The notes beneath the pieces were generated by a model. The model worked only from the letters and a program-made list of their open reading frames with translations. It was not told where the DNA came from and searched no databases. A stretch of 64,000 nucleotides of DNA from an uncultured Gammaproteobacteria bacterium (lineage in GTDB: Bacteria > Patescibacteriota > Patescibacteriia > SG8-24 > DYFX01): assembly GCA_964532415.1 (NCBI GenBank), contig CAZHHN010000003.1:3777-67776 (forward strand), in the 5' to 3' direction. Numbering within the stretch: the stretch's first letter is position 1; the number at the start of each line of letters is the position of its first letter. Below are positions 47,228-58,700 of the stretch, in pieces. A program made the translations under genes and the position numbers.

Positions 47228-47663
47228 AGCCGAGCCGTTTCAAGACGCGGGACTGGAGCGCGAACATCGCCTTTTCCTCCCGCGGAGAGACATGATCGTA
47301 GCCGAGCAGATGAAGCGTGCCATGGACGAGCATCAGGGCGATCTCGCGACGGACGGGCTTGGCGGCCGCCTTGGCCTGACGGGTCACCTGTGGCATCGAG
47401 ATTACGAGATCCCCCAGAAGGTTCGGACTCTCATCGCCCACCCAGACGCCGTCGTTGCCGAACGACAGGACGTCCGTCGTTGCAGGCTTGCCGCGCCAGG
47501 CGGCGTTCAGACGCGTCATTTCGGCGTCGCCGACGAAGACGACACCGACTTCTTCGACGCTGTGCACCTTTACGGCCCTCAGCGTCGCCACAACGACGCG
47601 CTTTACCCACGCATCGCCGACCGGCGCCTCGACGCGGCGGACGACGGATACGCCGGTGTTCAT
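47220..47663 (-). CDS. ybeY: rRNA maturation RNase YbeY
   Basis: TDVLSF, LGDLVIS, HGTLHLLGYDH. Confidence 0.95.
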   Translation of the reverse strand: MNTGVSVVRRVEAPVGDAWVKRVVVATLRAVKVHSVEEVGVVFVGDAEMTRLNAAWRGKPATTDVLSFGNDGVWVGDESPNLLGDLVISMPQVTRQAKAAAKPVRREIALMLVHGTLHLLGYDHVSPREEKAMFALQSRVLKRLGYA

Positions 47664-48607
47664 GGCTTTGCGCCAAAGCTGTTCAGGACCATCGTGAAGG
47701 TTGTGGAGAACAGCGTTTTATAGGTGGGATTGGCCTGAAGCTGCGGTCCGATCGCGATCACATACATCTTTCCGCCCAACGGAATATCGGCGGACAGGCC
47801 GTCTTGGGCAAGAACGCCTTCCAAGCCGGATTTGGTCATGAAGGTTTGGATCGGCAGGCCCGCAAGCTGGGAATGGCCGCTGAGATAGAAGTCGGAAGCG
47901 GACTTCCCTCCCGGGTTATCCTGTACCTGCACCGACAGCACCTCCTGGCCCTGGTTCGAGACGAACGCCGTCTGCCCGGGCAGCTGCGTCCATTGGGTCG
48001 GGATCAGGATCTGCCACTGTCCATCGGCCGGACTGAACGTTTTGACCAAGCCGGCTTCGACCAGTTTGGTGGGTTTGAAGCCGGCTGGGTTGTAGAGATT
48101 CGTGACTTCGAGCGCATCCGAATAGCCGTCGGAGTCGGAGTCGGCGATGGACGGCGAAGTGCCGTAGAGCGCTTCCTCGGCGTTCGTCAGGCCGTCGGCA
48201 TCGTTATCGGCTTCCGGTCCCGGGGTCGGAGGCGTCTCGGTTGTCGTCGTGGCCGATGCCGGTTCGGGCACGGAGCCCGGTGCAGACGGCGGTGCTTCGG
48301 GCTGCGGCGCAGGCAATGTCACGGACGGGGCAGGAGGCACGGGCGTGGTTTTCGGCAGCAGGAAACGCCAGGCGATGAAGCCAAGGCCGACCAAAAGCAG
48401 CAGCGCGAAGACGGGGATCAGCAGCCATTTCCTGCTTTGGGCGGTTTGCGGATGCGGAGCCGGTCCGGCCACAGCGGACACGGGCGGCGATCCTTCCTTC
48501 GGGAGATTCGCCCGCGCCGCCAAGCCGTAAAACTGCTCGGGGATCGTGTAGATCACCGGCTCCTGCGTTTTGATCGGCGCGGTCGTTTGTACGGGCTGTT
48601 CCGACAT
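47660..48607 (-). CDS. Single-TM protein with DxDxDG Ca-binding repeats and a PsbP-like C-terminal domain
   Basis: TM, Pro-rich linker, DNDADGLTNAEE, DSDSDGYSD.LEV..LYNP. Confidence 0.75.
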   Translation of the reverse strand: MSEQPVQTTAPIKTQEPVIYTIPEQFYGLAARANLPKEGSPPVSAVAGPAPHPQTAQSRKWLLIPVFALLLLVGLGFIAWRFLLPKTTPVPPAPSVTLPAPQPEAPPSAPGSVPEPASATTTTETPPTPGPEADNDADGLTNAEEALYGTSPSIADSDSDGYSDALEVTNLYNPAGFKPTKLVEAGLVKTFSPADGQWQILIPTQWTQLPGQTAFVSNQGQEVLSVQVQDNPGGKSASDFYLSGHSQLAGLPIQTFMTKSGLEGVLAQDGLSADIPLGGKMYVIAIGPQLQANPTYKTLFSTTFTMVLNSFGAKP

Positions 48608-48621
48608 GCAGCAATCGTGAT

Positions 48622-49266
48622 TTATGGATTCGTGGGAAGTTGGAGCAGTTTGCCCGGTCCATTGGGATTGTAGCCGTTCTTGACTTCGTCCCCATCCTTG
48701 AAAGAATCGCCGTCGGTGTCGGCACGCAGAGGATCGGTCTTGTAGACTTCGACTTCCTCCCGGTCGGTCAGGCCGTCACCGTCGGTGTCGACTTTGGTGG
48801 GGTCGGTTCCGGCAGAAATTTCCTGCGCTTCAGTCAGACCGTCACCATCCCTATCCTCATCGGCTCCTATGGTGGGACCGCCTCCACCGCGATCGGCACC
48901 GGAATCATCCGTGGTCGATGGCACGACCGGCGTGGCAGGGGCGACGGGTTCGGTGGGAACCTGCGGCTGGGGCGTTTCGGGCGTCGACGTGGCGGCAGGG
49001 ACGGGAGCGACCGAGCCCTTGGCACGGAAAAAGAGGAGATACGCCGCCGTACCGGCGCCTCCCACGAACAGGACGATCAACAGGATGAAGACCCATTTCT
49101 TCCCGAACGGCGCCCGTTCGAGAATGACCCCCGATTCCCCGACTGGCAGCGGCGTCGTGCCGGCCGTCGGAGAAACAGGAGAAGAAGGCGCTCCGGGCGC
49201 TTTTTCGGACGGAATCTCAGCGAAGATGTCGGCCGGCTCGTTTTTGTCGTCGAAGAGGAAAATCAT
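48622..49266 (-). CDS. Single-TM protein with DxDGDG repeats
   Basis: DRDGDGLT, DTDGDGLTDREEV, DTDGDSFKDGDEV..GYNP. Confidence 0.75.
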   Translation of the reverse strand: MIFLFDDKNEPADIFAEIPSEKAPGAPSSPVSPTAGTTPLPVGESGVILERAPFGKKWVFILLIVLFVGGAGTAAYLLFFRAKGSVAPVPAATSTPETPQPQVPTEPVAPATPVVPSTTDDSGADRGGGGPTIGADEDRDGDGLTEAQEISAGTDPTKVDTDGDGLTDREEVEVYKTDPLRADTDGDSFKDGDEVKNGYNPNGPGKLLQLPTNP

Positions 49267-49709
49267 AGATTGAACTTTTCATGACCCTCGATAGTCGCGG
49301 GCGTGCTGGCTTTATTCTTCGGATCTGAACCGTATTTCAGGACTTCGTCGCCGTCGCTATAGCCGTCCCCGTCCGTGTCTTTTTTGTCGGGATCGGTTCG
49401 GTAGACCGTCTCGGCGGCATCCGTGAGGCCATCGCCGTCCCGATCCTTGCCTTTGGTAAAGTCCGGCGTCGCGTTTTTGACGCCGCTCACGCCGGAGGGC
49501 GGCGGCGTCGTCTCACCTTTCCCGCCGGTTCCCGCACGCGTGGTGGAAGTTCCGGTGGCGCTGGTCGCAGTCGGCGGTGGAGCGTTACCCGATTCAGGCG
49601 ATGGAAAAGCGAAGCGGGCACGCCAGGCAAGGATGGCGACAAGGATCAATCCTACCAGAACCGCGCCGATGCTTCCAGCGATAACGAGTTGTTTGAAGCG
49701 CTGGTCCAT
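49263..49709 (-). CDS. Single-TM protein with DxDGDG repeats
   Basis: DRDGDGLTD, DTDGDGYSDGDEV. Confidence 0.75.
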   Translation of the reverse strand: MDQRFKQLVIAGSIGAVLVGLILVAILAWRARFAFPSPESGNAPPPTATSATGTSTTRAGTGGKGETTPPPSGVSGVKNATPDFTKGKDRDGDGLTDAAETVYRTDPDKKDTDGDGYSDGDEVLKYGSDPKNKASTPATIEGHEKFNL

Positions 49710-49712
49710 AGG

Positions 49713-52700
49713 CTAGGGCGAGATGGGGGTGAAGGTATTGACGTTCACGATCGTCGGAGCCGCGTCCGCACCGCCGTAGAAGTCGAAGACATGCCAATAC
49801 GCATTGTTGCCGTTTGATCCGGCCGTGAAGGTCCGGCCGCAGTCGGCGTTGTTCGGTTTGGTGGCATCGTACGTGCAAATCGTGACCTTCGTACCGACCA
49901 TGCCGCTCACGCCACTGCTGAATTGATGGACGAAGAACTTGTACGGGTCGCCGGCGCTGCTCGGCCAGTACGCTCCATCGGTGCGCCAGTTGATCGTCAT
50001 GATTTCAAGGCCGTACGGGACCGGGAAGCCGTCACGCCCCGAGTTGTCGCCCAGCTGGGCATTCGTATCATCCCACGACAGCCAGACATGCGGATCCTGG
50101 GTGGCGGAACCCTTGTTGAGATAATAGATTTGCTGACTTGAACCGTAGACCGGCAGTTTGACGTGCGCATCGATATCCCGCGTGTCCGGCGGATTCTTCC
50201 AGGCAATGCGGATGCGCACGTCGCCGGGACTGAGCGGGCCGTCCGAACAGCCACCGCCGTAAAGCGTACAGCTCTTGGCGCAGGCGACCGCACCGGCCGT
50301 GCCCCAACCCATGCTGGTGCAGGATGGCGCGCCGCCGTTGCCGGTGTCCGCTGTGTAATCAGACCCGTCGCAAGCTTCGACTGTGCCGCCCTGCATGATG
50401 CCATCGCCGCAGTAGCCGCTGGCGGCGTCGTACGAACAGTCGCCGGAGCAGCCGTAATACGATCCGCTGCCGGACGGACCGGTGGCATTGGGATCGCCGA
50501 CGACTTCGCACTGCTCGCCGAACTGCGGCTGGACGGTTTTGTCGCCGCAATAATTCGGGCTCTTATTGGTCAGGCCAACGCAGGCATTCGAACAGGACGT
50601 GCAGCTGCCGTCGAAATAATGTGCCGAACCCGGAGCGCCCTGGGTGTCGCTGTACGGTTCCGGCCGGCACTGAATATTGTAGGAGAGGCACTGTCCTTCC
50701 CCGCCCTGGCAAAACTGCGACGCGGTGCAATCCGAAGAGCTGTGACAGGGCGTGGCGGTCACGACCCCGCCGACATACTCGCGGCAGACGCCCGGCAGGC
50801 AGTCGGAGTTGGAAGCGCAGCTCTTCACATGGCTGCTGTCGTTCGGATTCGTGTACGTGCGGCTGCACCACGACGAGACCGGACCCGGATCGCAGCTTTC
50901 GGGAGGCGACTGGACGGTCTTGTCGCCGCAGAAGGCGCCGGACACGGTTTCGATCGAGCAATCGGTTTTGCAGTAGTTGCAGGTCAGGCCGTACTGGGGC
51001 GAGCAGCGTACGCCGTCGGCAGCCCCGTTGTCGCACTGTTCGACACCGGGCAGAAGGAAGCCGTCATTGCAGACATTCTTCCTGCAGGTCGTCAGACAGG
51101 CACCGGTCGTCGAATTGGCGGTGCCGTTGTCGCATTCTTCCGATCCTTCAACCTTGCCGTTGCCGCAGGCTCCCGAAGGCTTGCAGGCGGACCAGGCATC
51201 GAAGGTACAGGCCTGCCCAGCCGGGGCGGTGGCCGGGAAACAGCCCTTGATGCGCGTCTGCGGCAAGCCGCCCGTCGCGACGGCGCAGAGCGCGCAGGTC
51301 ATGCCGGAACCGCAATCCGAATTTTTCGCGCAGGACTGTGTGGCGCCGGCGATGGTCGCGGAATCGGCCAGGGTCGAGCCCGAAGGCACGCAAACGCCCG
51401 GAGCGTCCTGACGATCGCCGTCGCAGGCTTCGGCACCGTTCACGAGGTTGTCGCCGCAGCGCGGTCCCGCTCCGCGGCAATCCCAGGCGCAGAAACCGTA
51501 TTCGCCGTTCCTGGCGCCGTCATCGCAAAGTTCGGGTCCGTTCTTCACGCCGTCGCCGCAGAAATTCATGCGGTCGGTGCAGACGGACAACGCGCCGAAA
51601 CCGGCGCAATCGGCGTTGGTGCTGCAGATCGGACCGAGGTCGCAGCTGCCGTCGGCGCAATTGCCGTCGAAGCTGGCGCGCGGCGTCGTGTTGACGCAGC
51701 GTGCGACACAGCCATAACTGCCGCTCCGGCAGCGTCCATACTGGCCGGTCTGGGAACCGTCATCGCAGGTTTCGCCGGCGTAGCTTTCAAGCGCGCCGTT
51801 GCCGCAGGCCGCCGCCCCGGGACAGGCCTGCACGACTTCCCATTGACAGGAAGAACCGCAGCGTTCCCCGTCCTGACCGCCCGATGCGCAGGCGACATTG
51901 TGCTCCTGGCCGATTTCGCAGGTTTCGCCGCTTTCGATCAGGCCGTTACCGCAGGCCGGCGATGCGGCCGGACCGACGAGCGGAACGCCCGCGGGGACGC
52001 ATTGATCCCTGACGCCGCAGTGGGCCGAATCGGTGCAGGCCGCTCCGGTCGCCAGGCATTTGTCGGTTCCGTCGGTGAACAGTCCGGCACAGACCGGCGT
52101 GACGCTGACGCGGGTCTGGCAGACGCCGGAAACGGGTCCGTTCGGCAACCACGAGCAGCCGATGCCGGTCCGGCAGGAGGCTTCGCTCGTGCGCGCGGCA
52201 CAGCTGGAACCGAGCCAGGAATACGCGGTGTATTCGAGATCGACCGACAGGCGGTAATCGACGCCGCCGAGCGAACGGTACTGATACACATGGGAGGCGG
52301 CCGGGCAGGCGAAAACGCCGGCACGGTCGTCGTAGCAGGTTTCGGCCTCAAACTTCGTTCGGCAGACGTCTCCCGATCCGTTGCAATCGGTGTCGGAAGC
52401 GCAGACCTTGCCGCTCAGGCTGCATTCGGAACCGAAGGCGTCGCAGCGGTTGAACGCGTTGAGCGGATCGACGATCATTCCAGCCGGCCCGAGCTGCTGA
52501 CTCCACGACGGCCATTTTGAGGTCGAGAAGCCGCGCACGAACGTTCCCGACTCGAGCTTCGGATAGAAACCGGTGCTGTCGTGAATGGTTTCGAGCGCCT
52601 GGGCGATGCCGCGGACGTCCTGCCAGCGATGCAGGTCGCGCCGGATTTTGTCTTTGTCGGCATCGCAGTGCAGCCCGGTCGGCGGAGCGGCGAAGGTATG

Positions 52701-55700
52701 GAAGCAGTCGAGGTCGCTACTGCAGGCCGCCAGCGCGTTCTTTCCCGCGAGCATCAACACGGCGCCCGTTCCGTCCTTGCAGACGCCAACCGCCTGGTCG
52801 GAAGCGGCCAGATTGGTATTGAAACGCACGTTCTTGATCAGGCGATTGAAGATTTCAGCAGTACGCGCGTCAGCCTTGTCGTTGAATGCGAAGACGTAGA
52901 CGTACGACTGCAACCCCGGGTCGCCGTATTTATCGGCGGCCGTCACGTAGACAGTGCGTTCATCCTTGATGGCGGCATACCCGTCGACCGTCGCGGCCTG
53001 GATCGATCCGGAAAAGTGCTGCGCCTGGAACCAGTCGGCGGGCGCCAGGCGTTCGGGGTTGGCGTAGACGCGCACGCCGATCGCATCGCTCAGTTTTTCT
53101 TCCGGAGCGAACTGGAAGAACAGGTCTTTCGAGAGGCAGCCGTCGCCGGCGCGGCAGTCAGCCGAAGTGAAGCAGGCCTTGGGCTGGCTGCCGTCGAGCG
53201 TGGCGGCGCAGAAGCGCAGCAGGTTTCCGCCCGGACCGGACTGTCCCTGAACCGGCAGCGCCTGCAGTTCCGGCAGCGGTGCCTTATCGTTGTCGCGGCA
53301 ATAGAAGAATTCGAAATGCGTGGACGGATCGACATACGGCGCCCAGGCGCCCGTGACCGTATCGCGCTCCGGCCAGGGCCGTTCGCACAGCAGGATCGTG
53401 AGATCGGAGCGCCCGGTCTTTTGATGCCCGACCGTCGATGGCGAAAATTGCGTATCGGCCGTGATGGTGGCGATCGCCAATACCTGTTCTGTCCCGTTCT
53501 GCCCTTTGTTGGCCTGCACGCTGGCGGACGGGGTGTTCGAAGCCGTCAGCGTCAGCAGCGAACCGGGTGGCGTCGCTTCCGGCACGGTCGACCAGTTCCA
53601 GCTCCAGTCGTAGACCCCCGGCAACGGGGCGATCGGCTCGAGTTGACCGGCGCGGTTGGTCATGGGCGTGGCGACGATCGTGAGCGGCGTGGCGGAATCC
53701 TGAATAAGATCGGCGGCCGGATTCATCTGCACCGTATCGAAGCTGCAGATGTCATTGCCGGTGCTGAATTCCTGGATGAAATCTGGCCCGGCCGGATACC
53801 CCACACCCTTCACGCTCTTGACGCCGCCCGGCCCGACCTTGACCGTCACGCGATATTTCCGCTTGGCATCGAACGCCTGCCTGGGAGTGAAGACCGAAGT
53901 CGTGCGGGCGCCGCCTGCCATCTGATCTTTCAGGTGCGTGAAATTCCCTTCGACCGGAGCGCAGGGACCGGCCGCCGTGGCCCGTCGTCCAATGAGCGAG
54001 CGCAGAAACTCTCCAGTCCGCGCCAACCAACTGGCTGGTCCGGATTTCACGGCCACCGCGCCACAGGCTTCGACAATCAGCCCACCTTGGAGCGAACCGG
54101 GCTCCATCTCTTCGCCGAAGGTCACGCTGATCTGGGCATTCCGGCATTCGTTGCCGCCTTTCGGCTGGATGTCCGGGGGGGCGGGGCGCGGGTAGCAGCA
54201 GGCGCCGGCGCCGCATGAGAGACTGAGGCCGGACGCCGCGCCGAAAGCCGCGCAATCGGCGTCCGTGCGGCAGGAACATTCGACACTGACGCCCGCCTGG
54301 CCGGAAACCGGACCGACGGCGGCAGCGACCGAGGCCGTGCAGCTGTTCTTCGCATCGCATTGATTCTGCGCCTCAAGCACCTGCGTTGCATCGATGTTCG
54401 CATCGAGCGTCAGCGCTTCGCATTCCTCTCCTCCCCCGTTCTGGACGCCGTTCAGCGGATCCATCGGCTTGACGGTCACGACGGTGTCGCCGCAGAAAGC
54501 GCGCAAAGCCGGATCGGAACCGGTCTTGGTGCACGCCGACGAGCAGCCCGAACCGGGCTGACCGTTGTCGGAACCGGCATCGCACCCTTCGCCTTTGCCG
54601 TAATCGATGACGCCGTTGCCGCAGCAAGAGCTGCCGGAGGCGCACGAGACATGATTGCCGCGCAGGAGACACGACGGGGAACAGGCGAAGCCGGGCTTGG
54701 TCGGGTTCTGCTCATCGCCCGGTCCGAACGTGATCGGCGCGTGATTCGGCAGAAGCAGGCGCGTCGCAAGGCCGCCGGCCCCCAGTTGATACTCGCATTC
54801 TTCTCCCAGCTCGAGCCTGCCGTTGCCGCAGACGTAGACATTCTGTCCCGAACCTTCGAGCAGGCAGCGGGAACCGCAGCCGTCGCCATCGGTCGTGTTG
54901 CCGTCATCACAGGCTTCGCCGACGCCGACCGATCCGTTGCCGCAGGCCGAAACGCCCGGCGTGGATCTGGAAAAAAGGCAGGCGGTCGTGCAGCCGGAAA
55001 CCGCTTTTCCATTGTCGGGCCCGGCATCGCATTCTTCGCCGCGGTCGGGTTGGACCGTGCCGTCGCCGCAACCGTTGGTCACGGTATTGCCGGTCCGCTG
55101 GCAATTCTGATTGCAGCCGTTCAATCCGGGCGTGTCGCAGGCTTCGCCGTGCTCGAGCACGCCGTTGCCGCAGGCCGGGGTACCCGCCGGCTTGCTGCCG
55201 GTCATGAGACAGGACGAGGAACAACCCGGCGGCAGGGCCGGATTCGTGTTGAGCAACGCTCCCGGAGGAACATCCGGCAGGAAATGGAAGGCGGAAGGGC
55301 TGGCCGGCGCCTGGGTGCGCGCCCATGACCAGTTGAAGCTGTCCGCGTTCAAGATCTGTCCACCGGCCGCACACTTGTCCGGCGAGCTGAGCGGCAGCGC
55401 CGAAACCGAAGCGACCTGCCCGATGTATCGGAGCGTCGTCTGTCCCGGCTGGACTGTCACCGTCTGCGGGCCGCAGGGATTGGCGCTGGTGCGGGTACGG
55501 AACGTCCAGCTGAAGGCCGTATCGTTATAGTTCAAACCGGTCAGCGGAGCCTGGCTGGTGCTGCGTGCCGTTCCGAAAATCACCGCGCGGTAATACGTGT
55601 CCGGCACCAGATCGGGGTTACCGAACGTCAGCAGGTTGCTCGACGGCTGATAAACGGGCGTGATCGGTACTTCCCCGTCGAAGGCCAGGCAGGACTCGTT

Positions 55701-58700
55701 GCGGCAACGGTACAATTTGACGTTCGCAAGCAGACTGTCGGCGCCGGAAACCGACATCGGAGTGTTGAAAGAAGCGAAGGCGACCGCGTTGATGCAGGCT
55801 TCGGTGCAATCATGCGGGCCATACCCCGTCACGCGGGGATTGGCGTAATCGATCGTCAGGTCGCCCTGATCGTTCTTGCCGTCAACGATGACGCGAATAT
55901 GGACCGGGGGACCCGGATCCGTTTCGGAGACCGGTGAGGCCAATGCCTGACAGTTGTCGCCGGCCGGCACCGTCCCGACGGTGGCCTTAGACATGTCGGA
56001 GGAGTTCCAATCGACGATCCGGCCGGCGCACGAAAGGATGATACAGCGGTCGGAAAGCGGGAAAGCCTGATACGGCTCCTGCTGATCGGCGGCGGAAATC
56101 AGGCCCTGAGCCGGATCGACATGCACGCCCGCCAGGACGCACGATCCCGCTCCGGTCTTGAACGTCGTGACATAGTCGCCGCCGGCACGGCCGTCGAAAT
56201 TCCCGTCGAGCGGCTGCGCGGCGAGATTCGCCACACGGAGGCTCTTGATCTGGTCTCTGAGCGTCAGCCGATACCACGTATTCGGCTGGAGACTGCCGAC
56301 GGGCAGCGTCATCAGGCTGTGATCCTGAGGATTGTACGGCACGATCGTCGGCGCGCCGGTTCCGGCCACGGCCGTGCAGTTCGCGGAGGCGGAAGCGCCG
56401 GTGCCGCAGGCTTCAAGCTTCACCGATCCGGCGTTGAACGTCGAGGAATCCATCGCCAGGCTGAAGCGCACGGCGATCGCCCCGGTGTCGGTACAGACGT
56501 TTTGCGCGCCCTTGTACGGGTTCGGGCTCGGCATCGAGGTCGGCGGCGAAAGCTGGCAGGTGGCATTTTCGATGACGACCGGGAAAACCGGAATCGGACC
56601 GGTCGAGAACTGCCAGGCAAAGCCTCCGGCGCCAACCGATCCGCCGCAGTTTGCACGGCAGGCGCCGTCGCCGCAGCAGGCGCGGCCACTTCCGCAGGCG
56701 GCGTCTCCCCCGTTCTGGCGACAGTCGCTCACGCGGAAACTCACCCCGTTCGAGGAGAGAGGCGCGGGACCGGAGAACGTTTTGATTGCGACCGGACCGG
56801 TCACGGCGGCATCGGGCACGGTGGCCGTGATGCCGGAGGCGCGCCACTGGCCGATCGAAGCGGCATTCTTACCGTCATGGAAGACGACCGCGTCGGGATG
56901 CTGCGCCGTGAAGGCCGGCAAATCGCCTGAAGCGATGTCGCCGAAGCCTTCACCGTAGAGCGATACGGCGGTGCCGGCCGGACCGTTGTCGGGATCGACG
57001 CGGCACAGACCGGGAGCGAGCGGCGAGGTGTCGGCGGCGAACGACTGCGCGTTCGACGTGCGTCCGTCCGAGCGCACGACCGTGACGGCATAGGTACCGA
57101 GCTGGATGGCGGTGTTGGCGGGCGTGGTAAAGCGGGCGGGCACTTTGACCGTCACGCTCGCGTCCGTCCAATAGCCGGCCGCGCACTGCGCCGGGAAACT
57201 GATGTCGCCGATCGCCTCGCCGGCGGCATTCTTGAAACGCACCGTTCCGCCCGCGCCGAAGTTGGCGCCGAAGACGGAAAGATAGGTGCCGACCGAACCG
57301 GACGTCGGCGTCACGAAATCGATGCGCGGATCGGTGCCGGCCGCCGGCGGCTCGACCCGCACACAGGCGGTATTCGATGGCTGGCCGCCGACCAAAACCC
57401 GCATCAGATATTCCGCGCCGTCGGCGCCGGTTTCCACATTGGGCACGACCGGCTGCAGACTGGTGTCGCCCCACGGCGAAACCTGAGGCGCATCGGCGGC
57501 CGACGACCAATCCTGCACCTGCGTGCAGTCGGCGGCGGAGTGCGCGAACTGCACGCGCGAATCGCCCTGGGCGGCGCCGAAGGCGTTGCCGGTGACGGTG
57601 AGCGACTGCCCGGTTTTGACGGAAACCGGAGAAACGCCGCAGATGCCCGGACGCGCCGTATCATTGATTTGGAAATCCGTGACGATCGGACCGAAGGCAT
57701 CGTTGGTGGCGTCTTTCTTGCCAGCGGAGGTGGTGACCTGGACCGGGCCGGTGGCGGCGCCGGCCGGCACGACGATCACGATGCGGCTGTCCGACCAGGC
57801 GCCGCCACAGGAAGCCAGAGCGGCGTCTTTTTCGTCGCCGGAGGCGGCCGCGCCGAGAAACGTCACCTTGCCGGGATTCGTGCCGAAATGCGTACCGGTG
57901 ACCGTGACGAGATTGCCGGGCTTGCCGTCGCGCAACTGGACGTCGACGATGCGCGGCGCCTCGACGCAGACGCCGTTCTGGCATTCGCCGGAGCTGCAAT
58001 CGGCGTTGTTCGTGCAGGTCGCGCCCGTGCAGGCCCCGCAGGAGCCGCCGCAGTCGACGCCGACTTCATCGCCGTCCTTCACGTGGTTAAAACAGGCGGC
58101 CGGGCGAACGGTCACGCGCACCGGCGCCGAAGACGCCACATCGCCGTCGATATTGGTGGCACGCGCCGTGAGCGTGACCGTTTTGACCGGCACGACGGGG
58201 GCGTTATCCCAAACCGCCTGACTCGAATAGGTATTGGCGGCGATCGGCTGCGCAGCGCCGTCGGCGGCGAAAAACGCGCCGTCGGCCGAATATTCGACGC
58301 TGGCGATGCCGTTCTTATCGCCGGCCACGGCCTGTAGCGCCACCAGGCTTCCGGCCGGGACGGAGGCGCCGTCCGATGGCGCGGTCAGGCTGACGGTCGG
58401 CGCCGCCGTGTCGACCGTTGCGCCGGTCCGGAAGGTCTGCGAACAGCTGGCGCCGATCCCGCAATTGACCGTACGGGGGTCGGTTGTCGAAGCGTTCTTC
58501 AGCCCAGAACGGACGGTGACCTGATAGTCTTGGTTCGGCTCAAGGCAGTGCCGGTCATCGTTCGGCGGCGGGCAGGTCTGCACCGGCTGGAGGCGGATGG
58601 TGGCGTTCTGGACGACGGGATCGTAATCGACCGGCGTCCGCGCAGAGCCGGCCACCTTTTCAAGCAGGAGGTTGGCTTTGATGTTGGCCGCGTCGTCGGT

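Noticed and set aside
50163-52520. Long plus-strand ORFs (also 25798-27606, 52581-54218, 6432-7691)
   Set aside because: Antisense shadows of GC3-biased real genes, with no recognisable motifs
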